Shown in pieces: positions 1 through 13,400 of a DNA stretch of 64,000 nt. The stretch's first letter is position 1. Every line of letters begins with the position of its first letter. The position numbers were made by a program, and so were the translations under genes. Location of the stretch: contig OZ024744.1 of NCBI GenBank assembly GCA_964016885.1, forward strand, positions 56,606,001 to 56,670,000. Direction: 5' to 3'. Origin of the DNA: Eledone cirrhosa (Eukaryota). The notes beneath the pieces are model-generated. The model ran no database searches and was not told where the DNA came from. It worked only from the letters and a program-made list of their open reading frames with translations.

Positions 1-435
1 CTTACATATGACCGTGCATGCAGTGTACAGATCGACATGAACACGTAAATCCATGTACACTCATACAGACATACGGATAAGTAATTACAAAAGTATATAT
101 ATATTTTATATATAGGTGCATGTGAGCCTATATACACAGACATATGAGCATATGGGTATTCTATAACATATCGGTATTGTGAGACACACATATGTACATA
201 CATGTGCGCGCTCACTCATGCACATAACATAGAAACGTGAGTGTACACACCTGCGCCATTGTACACACCTACACACCCTTGTAGTTGTGCACATGTGCAT
301 ACAGGGGTGTGTGCATGCATGCACTTGTGTTCATAGTTACTCATGAATACAAACATCATGTAAAGTGCCCACACAGGAATATACACGCACACGCTGACAC
401 ACAACCATATATACACCAATGTATATATATACAAA
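1..435. repeat. Degenerate (CA)n/(TA)n/(CATA)n low-complexity region
   Basis: Alternating purine-pyrimidine runs (catacatacac, gtgtgtgcatgcat, tatatata). The overlapping ORFs are HT/CV/YI low-complexity artefacts. Confidence 0.75.
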
Positions 436-1179
436 ATAAGTAATGATGCACAACTACCTACATGAAGGTATAAGTGGGTGAAAATTGTTCATATATGGGT
501 CCATTAGCTTGTTTGTTTGTGTGTTGTAGTCCTGATAAAGTTGTGTTAGGTGGTGTTTTTACTGGAGTGGGTGTGCACGTTTAAGGACGGCCATTCCATT
601 CTGAAGCTGATATTACTAGCCTTTAGCTGACAGACTGAGGTGCTGTTTTTACTCAGGGTTCACTTTCAATGGTGTCCATGCGTCTGCGTACGTATTGAAC
701 AGGTGCGCGTGTTGGTGTAAACAGTTCATCACTCGGACCTCGGTTCTGTATTCTTTAAGCTTTGATTTCTACAGATTCTGAAAGGCACAATTGGCAGGGC
801 CTGCCCTACCTATTGTAACTCCAACATCCACATACACCCACTCACAAAATATAGGGCCGGGCCGATGCTTTTATATGCACCCATCATCTCACAAATCACA
901 ACAACCACTATTTTTTTGTCGCATCACCACTATGAAGAGCAGATTGATAATGAAGTCAGGGCCATAATTTCTATGGGTGACCCTGAGCCAATACTCTGCA
1001 AAACACATGTAACTGGTCGATACACTATAAAAATGTAAATATATGTAAACGAAACTTTGTTTCTTGTTAATAACTGTGCATAGAGCTTTTTTGGCTACCA
1101 CCATCAGTAATTCATTGAATCACCTACACTATATATATATATTTTGGTACCACAACATCAAGTCCTAAATAAATGAGGT

Positions 1180-1406
1180 GTAGGTGTCACGACAAAAAAA
1201 CACACGGTCCACGCTATAATGTGGCCGTGTAGGTAACACGGTAAAAACCTCCCAGTTCACACTGTAAACGTGGTTGGTGTTAGGAAGGGCATCCAGCTGT
1301 AGAAAACCTGCCAGACAGTCCTATACGAGCAAGACAACCAATCTCGCCTCAAGTGGGAAAATTCTCGTCCAAACCCATGCTAGCGTGGAAGATGGATGTT
1401 AAACGA

Positions 1407-1410
<4 letters not shown>
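1180..1410 (+). mobile_element. 3' end (UTR/tail) of an RTE-type LINE or RTE-tailed SINE
   Basis: actgtaaacgtggttggtgttaggaagggcatccagctgtagaaa ... acccatgctagcgtggaa ... aaacgatgat aligns with the 3' end of the RTE at ~60530-60774, including the duplicated upstream module and the GAT tail. Confidence 0.8.
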
Positions 1411-1442
<32 letters not shown>

Positions 1443-1476
1443 TAGGTGATTATATATATATATATATATATATATA
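1409..1476. repeat. Two (TA)n microsatellite runs
   Basis: (AT)n at 1409-1439 and 1451-1476, separated by gtgtaggtga. Confidence 0.95.
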
Positions 1477-1477
1477 A

Positions 1478-4400
1478 AACTTCTGTCACTCCATACGCTC
1501 TAACTTCTGTCACTCCACACGCTCTAATTTCTGTCACTACATCCTCTCAAACTTCTGTCTGTCACTCCATCCTTTCTAACTTCTGTCTGTCACTCCATCC
1601 TTTCTAACTTCTGTCTGTCACTCCATCCTTTCTAACTTCTGTCTGTCACTCCATCCTTTCTAACTTCTGTCTGTCACTCCATCCTCTCTATCTTCTGTCT
1701 GTCACTACACCCTCTCTTACTCCTGTCTGTCAGTCCATCCTCTCAAACTTCTGTCTGTCACTCCATCCTCTCAAACTTCTGTCTGTCACTCCATCCTCTC
1801 AAACTTCTGTCTGTCACTCCATCCTCTCAAACTTCTGTCTGTCACTCCATCCTCTCAAACTTCTGTCTGTCACTCCATCCTCTCAAACTACTGTCTGTCA
1901 CTCCATCCTCTCAAACTACTGTCTGTCACTCCATCCTCTCAAACTACTGTCTGTCACTCCATCCTCTCAAACTTCTGTCATTCTATCCTCTCAAACTTCT
2001 GTCTGTCACTCCATCCTTTCTAACTTCTGTCTGTCACTCCATCCTTTCTAACTTCTGTCTGTCACTCCACCCTTTCTAACTTCTGTCTGTCACTCCACCC
2101 TCTCAAACTTCTGTCGGTCACTCCATCCTCTCAAACTTCTGTCGGTCACTCCATCCTCTCAAACTTCTGTCGGTCATTCCATCCTCTCAAACTTCTGTCG
2201 GTCACTCTATCCTCTCAAACTTCTGTCGGTCACTCTATCCTCTCAAACTTCTGTCGGTCACTCTATCCTCTCAAACTTCTGTCGGTCACTCTATCCTCTC
2301 AAACTTCTGTCGGTCACTCTATCCTCTCAAACTTCTGTCGGTCACTCCATCCTCTCTCACTTCTGTCTGTCACTCCATCCTCTCTAACTTCTGTCTGTCA
2401 CTCCATCCTCTCTAACTTCTGTCTGTCACTCCATCCTCTCTGACTTCTGTCTGTCACTCCATCCTCTCTAACTTCTGTCTGTCACTCCATCCTCTCTAAC
2501 TTCTGTCTGTCACTCCATCCTCTCCAACTTCTGTCTGTCACTCCATCCTCTCCAACTTCTGTCTGTCACTCCATCCTCTCCAACTTCTGTCTGTCACTCC
2601 ATCCTCTCCAACTTCTGTCTGTCACTCCATCCTCTCCAACTTCTGTCTGTCACTCCATCCTCTCCAACTTCTGTCTGTCACTCCATCCTCTCCAACTTCT
2701 GCCTGTCACTCCATCCTCTCCAACTTCTGTCTGTCACTCCATCCTCTCCAACTTCTGTCTGTCACTCCATCCTCTCCAACTTCTGTCTGTCACTCCATCC
2801 TCTCCAACTTCTGTCTGTCACTCCATCCTCTCTAACTTCTGTCACTCCATCCTCTCTAACTTCTGTCACTCCATCCTCTCTAACTTCTGTCACTCCATCC
2901 TCTCTAACTTCTGTCTGTCACTCCATCCTTTCTAACTTCTGTCTGTCACTCCATCCTTTCTAACTTCTGTCTGTCACTCCATCCTTTCTAACTTCTGTCT
3001 GTCACTCCATCCTTTCTAACTTCTGTCTGTCACTCCATCCTTTCTAACTTCTGTCTGTCACTCCATCCTTTCTAACTTCTGTCTGTCACTCCATCCTTTC
3101 TAACTTCTGTCTGTCACTCCATCCTCTCAAACTTCTGTCTGTCACTCCATCCTCTCCAACTACTGTCTGTCACTCCATCCTCTCCAACTACTGTCTGTCA
3201 CTCTATCCTCTCAAACTTCTGTCGGTCACTCTATCCTCTCAAACTTCTATCGGTCACTCTATCCTCTCAAACTTCTGTCGGTCACTCTATCCTCTCAAAC
3301 TTCTGTCGGTCACTCCATCCTCTCAAACTTCTGTCTGTCACTCCATCCTCTCTAACTTCTGTCTGTCACTCCATCCTCTCTAACTTCTGTCTGTCACTCC
3401 ATCCTCTCTAACTTCTGCTTGTCACTCCATCCTCTCTAACTTCTGTCTGTCACTCCATCCTCGCCAACTTCTGTCTGTCACTCCATCCTCTCTAACTTCT
3501 GTCACTCCATCCACTCTAACTTCTGTCTGTCACTCCATCCTCTCTAGCTCCTGCCTGTCACTCCATCCTCTCTAACTTCTGTCTGTCACTCCATCCTCTC
3601 TAACTTCTGTCTGTCACTCCGTCCTTTCTAACTTCTGTCTGTCACTCCATCCTTTCTAACTTCTGTCTGTCACTCCATCCTTTCTAACTTCTGTCTGTCA
3701 CTCCATCCTTTCTAACTTCTGTCTGTCACTCCATCCTTTCTAACTTCTGTCTGTCACTCCATCCTTTCTAACTTCTGTCTGTCACTCCATCCTTTCTAAC
3801 TTCTGTCTGTCACTCCATCCTTTCTAACTTCTGTCTGTCACTCCATCCTTTCTAACTTCTGTCTGTCACTCCATCCTTTCTAACTTCTGTCTGTCACTCC
3901 ATCCTTTCTAACTTCTGTCTGTCACTCCATCCTTTCTAACTTCTGTCTGTCACTCCATCCTTTCTAACTTCTGTCTGTCACTCCATCCTTTCTAACTTCT
4001 GTCTGTCACTCCATCCTCTCAAACTACTGTCTGTCACTCCATCCTCTCAAACTACTGTCTGTCACTCCATCCTCTCAAACTACTGTCTGTCACTCCACCC
4101 TCTCTAACTTCTGTCGGTCACTCCATCCTCTCTAACTTCTGTCGGTCACTCCATCCTCTCTAACTTCTGTCGGTCACTCCATCCTCTCTAACTTCTGTCG
4201 GTCACTCCATCCTCTCTAACTTCTGTCGGTCACTCCATCCTCTCAAACTTCTGTCGGTCACTCTATCCTCTCAAACTTCTGTCGGTCACTCTATCCTCTC
4301 AAACTTCTGTCGGTCACTCTATCCTCTCAAACTTCTGTCGGTCACTCTATCCTCTCAAACTTCTGTCGGTCACTCTATCCTCTCAAACTTCTGTCGGTCA

Positions 4401-7400
4401 CTCTATCCTCTCAAACTTCTGTCGGTCACTCTATCCTCTCAAACTTCTGTCGGTCACTCCATCCTCTCTCACTTCTGTCTGTCACTCCACCCTCTCAAAC
4501 TTCTGTCGGTCACTCCATCCTCTCTAACTTCTGTCGGTCACTCCATCCTCTCTAACTTCTGTCGGTCACTCCATCCTCTCTAACTTCTGTCGGTCACTCC
4601 ATCCTCTCAAACTTCTGTCGGTCACTCTATCCTCTCAAACTTCTGTCGGTCACTCTATCCTCTCAAACTTCTGTCGGTCACTCTATCCTCTCAAACTTCT
4701 GTCGGTCACTCTATCCTCTCAAACTTCTGTCGGTCACTCTATCCTCTCAAACTTCTGTCGGTCACTCTATCCTCTCAAACTTCTGTCGGTCACTCTATCC
4801 TCTCAAACTTCTGTCGGTCACTCTATCCTCTCAAACTTCTGTCGGTCACTCTATCCTCTCAAACTTCTGTCGGTCACTCCATCCTCTCAAACTTCTGTCT
4901 GTCACTCCATCCTCTCTCACTTCTGTCTGTCACTCCATCCTCTCTCACTTCTGTCGGTCACTCCATCCTCTCTAACTTCTGTCGGTCACTCCATCCTCTC
5001 AAACTTCTGTCGGTCACTCTATCCTCTCAAACTTCTGTCGGTCACTCTATCCTCTCAAACTTCTGTCGGTCACTCTATCCTCTCAAACTTCTGTCGGTCA
5101 CTCTATCCTCTCAAACTTCTGTCGGTCACTCTATCCTCTCAAACTTCTGTCGGTCACTCTATCCTCTCAAACTTCTGTCGGTCACTCTATCCTCTCAAAC
5201 TTCTGTCGGTCACTCCATCCTCTCTCACTTCTGTCTGTCACTCCACCCTCTCAAACTTCTGTCTGTCACTCCACCCTCTCTAACTTCTGTCGGTCACTCT
5301 ATCCTCTCTAACTTCTGTCGGTCACTCCATCCTCTCTAACTTCTGTCGGTCACTCCATCCTCTCAAACTTCTGTCTGTCACTCCATCCTTTCTAACTTCT
5401 GTCTGTCACTCCATCCTTTCTAACTTCTGTCTGTCACTCCATCCTTTCTAACTTCTGTCTGTCACTCCACCCTCTCAAACTTCTGTCGGTCACTCCATCC
5501 TCTCAAACTTCTGTCGGTCACTCTATCCTCTCAAACTTCTGTCGGTCATTCCATCCTCTCAAACTTCTGTCGGTCACTCTATCCTCTCAAACTTCTGTCG
5601 GTCACTCTATCCTCTCAAACTTCTGTCGGTCACTCTATCCTCTCAAACTTCTGTCGGTCACTCTATCCTCTCAAACTTCTGTCGGTCACTCCATCCTCTC
5701 TCACTTCTGTCTGTCACTCCATCCTCTCTAACTTCTGTCTGTCACTCCATCCTCTCTAACTTCTGTCTGTCACTCCATCCTCTCTGACTTGTCTGTCTGT
5801 CACTCCATCCTCTGTAACTTCTGTCTGTCACTCCATCCTCTCTAACTTCTGTCTGTCACTCCATCCTCTCCAACTTCTGTCTGTCACTCCATCCTCTCCA
5901 ACTTCTGTCTGTCACTCCATACTCTCCAACTTCTGTCTGTCACTCCATCCTCTCCAACTTCTGTCTGTCACTCCATCCTCTCCAACTTCTGTCTGTCACT
6001 CCATCCTCTCCAACTTCTGTCTGTCACTCCATCCTCTCCAACTTCTGTCTGTCACTCCATCCTCTCCAACTTCTGTCTGTCACTCCATCCTCTCCAACTT
6101 CTGTCTGTCACTCCATCCTCTCCAACTTCTGTCTGTCACTCCATCCTCTCCAACTTCTGTCTGTCACTCCATCCTCTCCAACTTCTGTCTGTCACTTCAT
6201 CCTCTCTAACTTCTGTCTGTCACTCCATCCTCTCTAACTTCTGTCACTCCATCCTCTCTAACTTCTGTCACTCCATCCTCTCTAACTTCTGTCACTCCAT
6301 CCTCTCTAACTTCTGTCTGTCACTCCATCCTTTCTAACTTCTGTCTGTCACTCCATCCTTTCTAACTTCTGTCTGTCACTCCATCCTTTCTAACTTCTGT
6401 CTGTCACTCCATCCTTTCTAACTTCTGTCTGTCACTCCATCCTTTCTAACTTCTGTCTGTCACTCCATCCTTTCTAACTTCTGTCTGTCACTCCATCCTC
6501 TCAAACTTCTGTCTGTCACTCCATCCTCTCCAACTACTGTCTGTCACTCCATCCTCTCCAACTACTGTCTGTCACTCCATCCTCTCAAACTACTGTCTGT
6601 CACTCTATCCTCTCAAACTTCTGTCGGTCACTCTATCCTCTCAAACTTCTATCGGTCACTCTATCCTCTCAAACTTCTGTCGGTCACTCTATCCTCTCAA
6701 ACTTCTGTCGGTCACTCCATCCTCTCAAACTTCTGTCTGTCACTCCATCCTCTCTAACTTCTGTCTGTCACTCCATCCTCTCTAACTTCTGTCTGTCACT
6801 CCATCCTCTCTAACTTCTGCTTGTCACTCCATCCTCTCTAACTTCTGTCTGTCACTCCATCCTCGCCAACTTCTGTCTGTCACTCCATCCTCTCTAACTT
6901 CTGTCACTCCATCCACTCTAACTTCTGTCTGTCACTCCATCCTCTCTAGCTCCTGCCTGTCACTCCATCCTCTCTAACTTCTGTCTGTCACTCCATCCTC
7001 GCCAACTTCTGTCTGTCACTCCATCCTCTCTAACTTCTGTCACTCCATCCACTCTAACTTCTGTCTGTCACTCCATCCTTTCTAACTTCTGTCTGTCACT
7101 CCATCCTTTCTAACTTCTGTCTGTCACTCCATCCTTTCTAACTTCTGTCTGTCACTCCATCCTTTCTAACTTCTGTCTGTTACTCCATCCTCTCCAACTT
7201 CTGTCTGTCACTCCATCCTTTCTAACTTCTGTCTGTCACTCCATCCTCTCTAACTTCTGTCTGTCACTCCATCCTCTCTAACTTCTGTCTGTCACTCCAT
7301 CCTCTCTAACTTCTGTCTGTCACTCCATCCTCTCAAACTTCTGTCTGTCACTCCATCCTCTCAAACTTCTGTCGGTCACTCCATCCTCTCTAACTTCTGT

Positions 7401-10400
7401 CTGTCACTCCATCCTCTCTCACTTCTGTCTGTCACTCCATCCTCTCTAACTTCTGTCTGTCACTCCATCCTCTCAAACTTCTGTCTGTCACTCCATCCTT
7501 TCTAACTTCTGTCTGTCACTCCATCCTTTCTAACTTCTGTCTGTCACTCCATCCTTTCTAACTTCTGTCTGTCACTCCACCCTCTCAAACTTCTGTCGGT
7601 CACTCCATCCTCTCAAACTTCTGTCGGTCACTCTATCCTCTCAAACTTCTGTCGGTCATTCCATCCTCTCAAACTTCTGTCGGTCACTCTATCCTCTCAA
7701 ACTTCTGTCGGTCACTCTATCCTCTCAAACTTCTGTCGGTCACTCTATCCTCTCAAACTTCTGTCGGTCACTCTATCCTCTCAAACTTCTGTCGGTCACT
7801 CCATCCTCTCTCACTTCTGTCTGTCACTCCATCCTCTCTAACTTCTGTCTGTCACTCCATCCTCTCTAACTTCTGTCTGTCACTCCATCCTCTCTGACTT
7901 CTGTCTGTCACTCCATCCTCTGTAACTTCTGTCTGTCACTCCATCCTCTCTAACTTCTGTCTGTCACTCCATCCTCTCCAACTTCTGTCTGTCACTCCAT
8001 CCTCTCCAACTTCTGTCTGTCACTCCATCCTCTCCAACTTCTGTCTGTCACTCCATCCTCTCCAACTTCTGTCTGTCACTCCATCCTCTCCAACTTCTGT
8101 CTGTCACTCCATCCTCTCCAACTTCTGTCTGTCACTCCATCCTCTCCAACTTCTGTCTGTCACTCCATCCTCTCCAACTTCTGTCTGTCACTCCATCCTC
8201 TCCAACTTCTGTCTGTCACTCCATCCTCTCCAACTTCTGTCTGTCACTCCATCCTCTCCAACTTCTGTCTGTCACTCCATCCTCTCTAACTTCTGTCTGT
8301 CACTCCATCCTCTCTAACTTCTGTCACTCCATCCTCTCTAACTTCTGTCACTCCATCCTCTCTAACTTCTGTCACTCCATCCTCTCTAACTTCTGTCTGT
8401 CACTCCTCCATCCTTTCTAACTTCTGTCTGTCACTCCATCCTTTCTAACTTCTGTCTGTCACTCCATCCTTTCTAACTTCTGTCTGTCACTCCATCCTTT
8501 CTAACTTCTGTCTGTCACTCCATCCTTTCTAACTTCTGTCTGTCACTCCATCCTTTCTAACTTCTGTCTGTCACTCCATCCTCTCAAACTTCTGTCTGTC
8601 ACTCCATCCTCTCCAACTACTGTCTGTCACTCCATCCTCTCCAACTACTGTCTGTCACTCCATCCTCTCAAACTACTGTCTGTCACTCCATCCTCTCAAA
8701 CTTCTGTCGGTCACTCTATCCTCTCAAACTTCTATCGGTCACTCTATCCTCTCAAACTTCTGTCGGTCACTCTATCCTCTCAAACTTCTGTCTGTCACTC
8801 CATCCTCTCTAACTTCTGCTTGTCACTCCATCCTCTCTAACTTCTGTCTGTCACTCCATCCTCGCCAACTTCTGTCTGTCACTCCATCCTCTCTAACTTC
8901 TGTCACTCCATCCACTCTAACTTCTGTCTGTCACTCCGTCCTTTCTAACTTCTGTCTGTCACTCCATCCTTTCTAACTTCTGTCTGTCACTCCATCCTTT
9001 CTAACTTCTGTCTGTCACTCCATCCTTTCTAACTTCTGTCTGTCACTCCATCCTTTCTAACTTCTGTCTGTCACTCCATCCTTTCTAACTTCTGTCTGTC
9101 ACTCCATCCTTTCTAACTTCTGTCTGTCACTCCATCCTTTCTAACTTCTGTCTGTCACTCCATCCTTTCTAACTTCTGTCTGTCACTCCATCCTTTCTAA
9201 CTTCTGTCTGTCACTCCATCCTTTCTAACTTCTGTCTGTCACTCCATCCTTTCTAACTTCTGTCTGTCACTCCATCCTTTCTAACTTCTGTCTGTCACTC
9301 CATCCTTTCTAACTTCTGTCTGTCACTCCATCCTTTCTAACTTCTGTCTGTCACTCCATCCTCTCAAACTACTGTCTGTCACTCCATCCTCTCAAACTAC
9401 TGTCTGTCACTCCATCCTCTCAAACTACTGTCTGTCACTCCACCCTCTCTAACTTCTGTCGGTCACTCCATCCTCTCTAACTTCTGTCGGTCACTCCATC
9501 CTCTCTAACTTCTGTCGGTCACTCCATCCTCTCTAACTTCTGTCGGTCACTCCATCCTCTCTAACTTCTGTCGGTCACTCCATCCTCTCTAACTTCTGTC
9601 GGTCACTCCATCCTCTCAAACTTCTGTCGGTCACTCTATCCTCTCAAACTTCTGTCGGTCACTCTATCCTCTCAAACTTCTGTCGGTCACTCTATCCTCT
9701 CAAACTTCTGTCGGTCACTCTATCCTCTCAAACTTCTGTCGGTCACTCTATCCTCTCAAACTTCTGTCGGTCACTCTATCCTCTCAAACTTCTGTCGGTC
9801 ACTCCATCCTCTCTCACTTCTGTCTGTCACTCCACCCTCTCAAACTTCTGTCTGTCACTCCACCCTCTCTAACTTCTGTCGGTCACTCCATCCTCTCTAA
9901 CTTCTGTCGGTCACTCCATCCTCTCTAACTTCTGTCGGTCACTCCATCCTCTCAAACTTCTGTCGGTCACTCTATCCTCTCAAACTTCTGTCGGTCACTC
10001 TATCCTCTCAAACTTCTGTCGGTCACTCTATCCTCTCAAACTTCTGTCGGTCACTCTATCCTCTCAAACTTCTGTCGGTCACTCTATCCTCTCAAACTTC
10101 TGTCGGTCACTCTATCCTCTGAAACTTCTGTCGGTCACTCTATCCTCTCAAACTTCTGTCGGTCACTCTATCCTCTCAAACTTCTGTCGGTCACTCCATC
10201 CTCTCAAACTTCTGTCTGTCACTCCATCCTTTCTAACTTCTGTCTGTCACTCCATCCTCTCTAACTTCTGTCTGTCACTCCATCCTCTCTAACTTCTGTC
10301 TGTCACTCCATCCTCTCTCACTTCTGTCTGTCACTCCATCCTCTCTCACTTCTGTCGGTCACTCCATCCTCTCTAACTTCTGTCGGTCACTCCATCCTCT

Positions 10401-13400
10401 CAAACTTCTGTCGGTCACTCCATCCTCTCAAACTTCTGTCGGTCACTCCATCCTCTCAAACTTCTGTCGGTCACTCCATCCTCTCAAACTTCTGTCGGTC
10501 ACTCTATCCTCTCAAACTTCTGTCGGTCACTCTATCCTCTCAAACTTCTGTCGGTCACTCTATCCTCTCAAACTTCTGTCGGTCACTCTATCCTCTCTAA
10601 CTCCTGTCACTCCATCCTCTCTAACTTCTGTCTGTCACTCCATCCTCTCTAACTTCTGTCTGTCACTCCATCCTCTCTAACTTCTGTCTGTCACTCCATC
10701 CTCTCTAACTTCTGTCTGTCACTCCATCCTCTCTAACTTCTGTCTGTCACTCCATCCTCTCTAACTTCTGTCTGTCACTCCATCCTCTCTAACTTCTGTC
10801 TGTCACTCCATCCTCTCCAACTTCTGTCTGTCACTCCATCCTCTCCAACTTCTGTCTGTCACTCCATCCTCTCCAACTTCTGTCTGTCACTCCATCCTCT
10901 CAAACTACTGTCTGTCACTCCATCCTCTCAAACTACTGTCTGTCACTCCATCCTCTCAAACTACTGTCTGTCACTCCACCCTCTCTAACTTCTGTCTGTC
11001 ACTCCATCCTCTCTAACTTCTGTCTGTCACTCCATCCTCTCTAACTTCTGTCTGTCACTCCATCCTCTCTAACTTCTGTCTGTCACTCCATCCTCTCCAA
11101 CTTCTGTCTGTCACTCCATCCTCTCCAACTTCTGTCTGTCACTCCATCCTCTCCAACTTCTGTCTGTCACTCCATCCTCTCTAACTTCTGTCTGTCACTC
11201 CATCCTCTCTAACTTCTGTCTGTCACTCCATCCTCTCTAACTTCTGTCACTCCATCCTCTCTAACTTCTGTCTGTCACTCCATCCTTTCTAACTTCTGTC
11301 TGTCACTCCATCCTTTCTAACTTCTGTCTGTCACTCCATCCTTTCTAACTTCTGTCTGTCACTCCATCCTTTCTAACTTCTGTCTGTCACTCCATCCTTT
11401 CTAACTTCTGTCTGTCACTCCATCCTTTCTAACTTCTGTCTGTCACTCCATCCTTTCTAACTTCTGTCTGTCATTCCATCCTCTCAAACTTCTGTCTGTC
11501 ACTCCATCCTCGCCAACTTCTGTCTGTCACTCCATCCTCTCCAACTTCTGTCTGTCACTCCATCCTCTCAAACTTCTGTCTGTCACTCCATCCTCTCAAA
11601 CTACTGTCTGTCACTCCACCCTCTCAAACTACTGTCTGTCACTCCACCCTCTCAAACTTCTGTCTGTCACTCCACCCTCTCTAACTTCTGTCGGTCACTC
11701 CATCCTCTCTAACTTCTGTCGGTCACTCTATCCTCTCTAACTTCTGTCGGTCACTCTATCCTCTCAAACTTCTGTCGGTCACTCTATCCTCTCAAACTTC
11801 TGTCGGTCACTCCATCCTCTCAAACTTCTGTCAGTCACTCCATCCTCTCTCACTTCTGTCTGTCACTCCATCCTTTCTAACTTCTGCCTCTCTTTCCATG
11901 CTCTCTAACTCTTGTCACTCCATCCTCTCTAACTTCTGTCTGTCACTCCATCCTCTCAAACTTCTGTCTGTCACTCCACCCTCTCTAACTTCTGTCTGTC
12001 ACTCCATCCTCTCTAACTTCTGTCTGTCACTCCACCCTCTCTAACTTCTGTCTGTCACTCCACCCTCTCTAACTTCTGTCTGTCACTCCATCCTCTCAAA
12101 CTTCTGTCATTCTATCCTCTCAAACTTCTGTCTGTCACTCCATCCTTTCTAACTTCTGTGTGTCACTCCACCCTCTCTAACTTCTGTCTGTCACTCCACC
12201 CTCTCTAACTTCTGTCTGTCACTCCACCCTCTCTAACTTCTGTCTGTCACTCCACCCTCTCAAACTTCTGTCTGTCACTCCACCCTCTCAAACTTCTGTC
12301 TGTCACTCCACCCTCTCTAACTTCTGTCGGTCACTCCATCCTCTCTAACTTCTGTCGGTCACTCCATCCTCTCTAACTTCTGTCGGTCACTCCATCCTCT
12401 CTAACTTCTGTCGGTCACTCCATCCTCTCTAACTTCTGTCGGTCACTCCATCCTCTCTAACTTCTGTCGGTCACTCCATCCTCTCTAACTTCTGTCGGTC
12501 ACTCCATCCTCTCAAACTTCTGTCGGTCACTCTATCCTCTCAAACTTCTGTCTGTCACTCCATCCTCTCTCACTTCTGTCGGTCACTCCATCCTCTCTAA
12601 CTTCTGTCGGTCACTCCATACTCTCTAACTTCTGTCTGTTACTCCATCCTCTCCAACTTCTGTCTGTTACTCCATCCTCTCCAACTTCTGTCTGTCACTC
12701 CATCCTTTCTAACTTCTGTCTGTCACTCCATCCTTTCTAACTTCTGTCTGTCACTCCATCCTCTCTAACTTCTGTCTGTCACTCCATCCTCTCTAACTTC
12801 TGTCTGTCACTCCATCCTCTCTAACTTCTGTCTGTCACTCCATCCTCTCTAACTTCTGTCGGTCACTCTATCCTCTCAAACTTCTGTCGGTCACTCTATC
12901 CTCTCAAACTTCTGTCGGTCACTCTATCCTCTCAAACTTCTGTCTGTCACTCCATCCTCTCTCACTTCTGTCTGTGACTCCATCCTCTCTCACTTCTGTC
13001 TGTCACTCCATCCTCTCTAACTTCTGTCTGTCACTCCATCCTCTCCAACTTCTGTCTGTCACTCCATCCTCTCCAACTTCTGTCTGTCACTCCATCCTCT
13101 CCAACTTCTGTCTGTCACTCCATCCTCTCCAACTTCTGTCTGTCACTCCACCCTCTCAAACTTCTGTCTGTCACTCCACCCTCTCAAACTTCTGTCTGTC
13201 ACTCCACCCTCTCTAACTTCTGTCGGTCACTCCACCCTCTCTAACTTCTGTCGGTCACTCCATCCTCTCTAACTTCTGTCGGTCACTCCATCCTCTCTAA
13301 CTTCTGTCGGTCACTCCATCCTCTCAAACTTCTGTCGGTCACTCCATCCTCTCAAACTTCTGTCGGTCACTCCATCCTCTCAAACTTCTGTCGGTCACTC

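Noticed and set aside
106-1104. Short ORFs at the window start
   Set aside because: They are low-complexity or unrecognisable, with no splice or domain support.
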